From an uncultured Muribaculaceae bacterium (GTDB taxonomy: Bacteria > Bacillota_I > Bacilli_A > RF39 > UBA660): a DNA stretch of 49,081 nt. Under the pieces are notes generated by a model, which had not been told where the DNA came from, searched no databases, and was given only the letters and a program-made list of their open reading frames with translations. Within the stretch, counting starts at the first letter, position 1, and each line of letters opens with the position of its first letter. The translations under genes and the position numbers were made by a program. Shown here one piece after another: positions 47,221-49,081 of the stretch. The DNA lies in NCBI GenBank assembly GCA_964472425.1, contig CAYYLF010000003.1, positions 1 to 49,081 on the forward strand, given 5' to 3'.

Positions 47221-47457
47221 TTAATCGTCGTAATCGAAATCTTCTTTATAGTACTCGTCCTCTTCGGTGTATTCATCTTCTGGATACGATGGGTCTGTGT
47301 CGAAATCCCACGGCATATACTCACCCTCTCGAACGAGCTCTTTTTCGTTTTCTTCGAGTCCATATTCGTCCATTTCTTCTTCTAGTTCTTCATCCTTCTT
47401 CTTCTCTTCTTTTTCTTTTTCTTCGTTGAGCATCATCAAAAAATGTAAAAGTCCCAT
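47221..47457 (-). CDS. Small highly acidic hypothetical protein
   Basis: 78-aa ORF with GGAGG RBS, very Asp/Glu-rich. Confidence 0.7.
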   Translation of the reverse strand: MGLLHFLMMLNEEKEKEEKKKDEELEEEMDEYGLEENEKELVREGEYMPWDFDTDPSYPEDEYTEEDEYYKEDFDYDD

Positions 47458-47939
47458 AGTATACCTCCAAAATTAATTTAACTTAAATCTATTATACTAT
47501 TTAAAAAGGGAAAAATCCAACTGTATGAACATCTACAAAAAGCGATTCAATACCTTCGAAAAAGAATCCTAAACGCTTATGGACATAGTAAAGATGTAAT
47601 AATCTTATCTAATCACATAACGCAAGAGAGTAATATATATTTTGAATTAAAAGTTATTGTGCATAATCGTTATAAACTTTCTGAAATTACTTAAATTGGA
47701 TTTTAATTTTAATCAAAATAGTATATAATATTATTTGTGTGAAGTTAATCTCATGAAACAGCTTAATTTGCATATGTTTGTAGGTAAAACTAGAGAATTT
47801 GAATTTGCAAATGATAATTTGGATATTTATGATATATTATTCACATTCCATGAACAAGATAATGATTTTAACATCGATTAGTGGCATTAAATAAAGTTCA
47901 AAAACTTGCAATAAAGTGTAATATGATAAGGTGTGCAGT

Positions 47940-48347
47940 ATGAAAAAAATAAAATTAGATGATGTTATTGATGCTTTAGAGTTTGTGAATAGTGGTATGG
48001 ACTGTAATGTCTATTACGATGATAAAACAAATAAATTTATTTATATCGGAGATTATTCAGACATGACTAGCGCGGAACGAGAAGATGTTTATGATAATTG
48101 TATCGAACTACCTACGAAATATTATATAGATGAATATAAGATGATGGAAGAATTTATAGATACAATAGAAGATGTAAATATTTATAATAATCTGGAAATA
48201 GCCATTTCTGGCAAAGGAGCCTTTCGAAGATTTAAAGACACATGTAATCGCCACGGAATAGAAAGTACTTGGTATAAATTTAGAGATGAAAAATATAAAG
48301 AGATAGCCATAGAATGGTGCAAAAAAAATAATATTAATTTTGAATAG
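47940..48347 (+). CDS. UPF0158 family protein
   Basis: IELP....IDEY.MME.FI, L..AI.GKGAFRRFKD, W..FR.......AIEWC..NNI. Confidence 0.88.
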   Translation: MKKIKLDDVIDALEFVNSGMDCNVYYDDKTNKFIYIGDYSDMTSAEREDVYDNCIELPTKYYIDEYKMMEEFIDTIEDVNIYNNLEIAISGKGAFRRFKDTCNRHGIESTWYKFRDEKYKEIAIEWCKKNNINFE

Positions 48348-48349
48348 AG

Positions 48350-48958
48350 GTGTTAAGAATGGATAAAGTATTATCTTTTAGAATTGGAATAGAGGGATTA
48401 GAAAATAAAATATGGAGAGAAATTGAAATACCCGATAGAAGAACAGTGGCAGATTTAGCATACACAATACTTGCGTCGTTTAACTCTCTTGCTTATCATT
48501 TATATGATATTACCTATAAGAAAAAAGTATATGACTGTTGGGTATGTATAGAAGATGACCATAGTTTTGTGCCACCAATCAATGCAGTTATTACTAAATT
48601 AAGTGATTTAAATTTAGAAGTAGATGATACTATGAAAATGGAATATGATACAGGCTCGCCGACATCATTTAATATTACTTATTTAGGTTCAAGAGAATTA
48701 AAAAATTACAGAGAGCAAGAATCGTATCCCATTGTTATAAATGGTGAAGGATTAGGAATGCTCGACGATATGTGTGATTTTGAATTAAAAGATATTGTTG
48801 ATGATATTGATAAACTAGGAGTTTCTAAACATTATTTTACTCCAGGATATGAAACTAGTAGAAAATATGATTACAGAAAGTATAACATTAAAAAAGACAA
48901 CAGAGAGTTAAAAGGGAAAATATTGGCAATTAAAAATGGTTACGAAGTTGGTGAATAG
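48350..48958 (+). CDS. pRiA4b ORF3-like protein
   Basis: IWREIEIP...TVADL...IL..F....HLY, L..L.L.....M..EYD.G, YP....GEG. Confidence 0.75.
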   Translation: MLRMDKVLSFRIGIEGLENKIWREIEIPDRRTVADLAYTILASFNSLAYHLYDITYKKKVYDCWVCIEDDHSFVPPINAVITKLSDLNLEVDDTMKMEYDTGSPTSFNITYLGSRELKNYREQESYPIVINGEGLGMLDDMCDFELKDIVDDIDKLGVSKHYFTPGYETSRKYDYRKYNIKKDNRELKGKILAIKNGYEVGE

Positions 48959-49081
48959 CATAGAAAAATTAATAGACTTGCTCAGAAATTAACTTTAAGG
49001 GGATTTTCAAAAACAAGTCTGAACATGCTTTGACTTTTCTCCAAGAACAATTAATAGAATGACTAACTGCATTTATCGAAT

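Noticed and set aside
1-49081. tRNA, rRNA, intact IS, integrase, prophage or reverse transcriptase
   Set aside because: No recognisable signatures found by eye; a tRNAscan/Rfam/HMM run would be needed to exclude them fully.

Overview
A 49-kb chromosomal segment of a low-GC, genome-reduced Firmicute. It uses genetic code 11 (TGA is a stop), and gene content and style suggest Bacilli RF39/UBA660-like; the taxon is an inference. Housekeeping genes: tsaE-tsaB-rimI-tsaD, recX, prsA, rpmB, dnaE, rubrerythrin, ffh, clpC-like and cysS. It also carries a CIRCE-controlled Hsp20, scattered sporulation genes (YjcZ/SscA-like peptide, CotD-like, YdcC-like, gerQ) with sigma-K/sigma-E-like promoters, and a complete type II Wadjet (jetABCD) operon. 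The main unexplained pattern is that four isolated accessory ATPase/nuclease/HTH genes each carry their own precisely spaced non-coding repeat signature. Two AAA-DUF4143 genes have 23-bp-period tandem arrays that end exactly on the -35 box. A DUF4143 fragment is bracketed by three TGAACAA-N20-TTGTTCA palindromes. An AlbA_2/HTH gene is bracketed by a ~95-bp direct repeat with internal dyad symmetry. Other points of interest: an unannotated candidate type I toxin-antitoxin locus after ffh, a G-tract promoter with a structured leader, orphan structured intergenic segments, a frameshifted Rpn-like nuclease, and a low-GC segment at the right end. All family assignments come from motif recognition by eye; no database searches were run.
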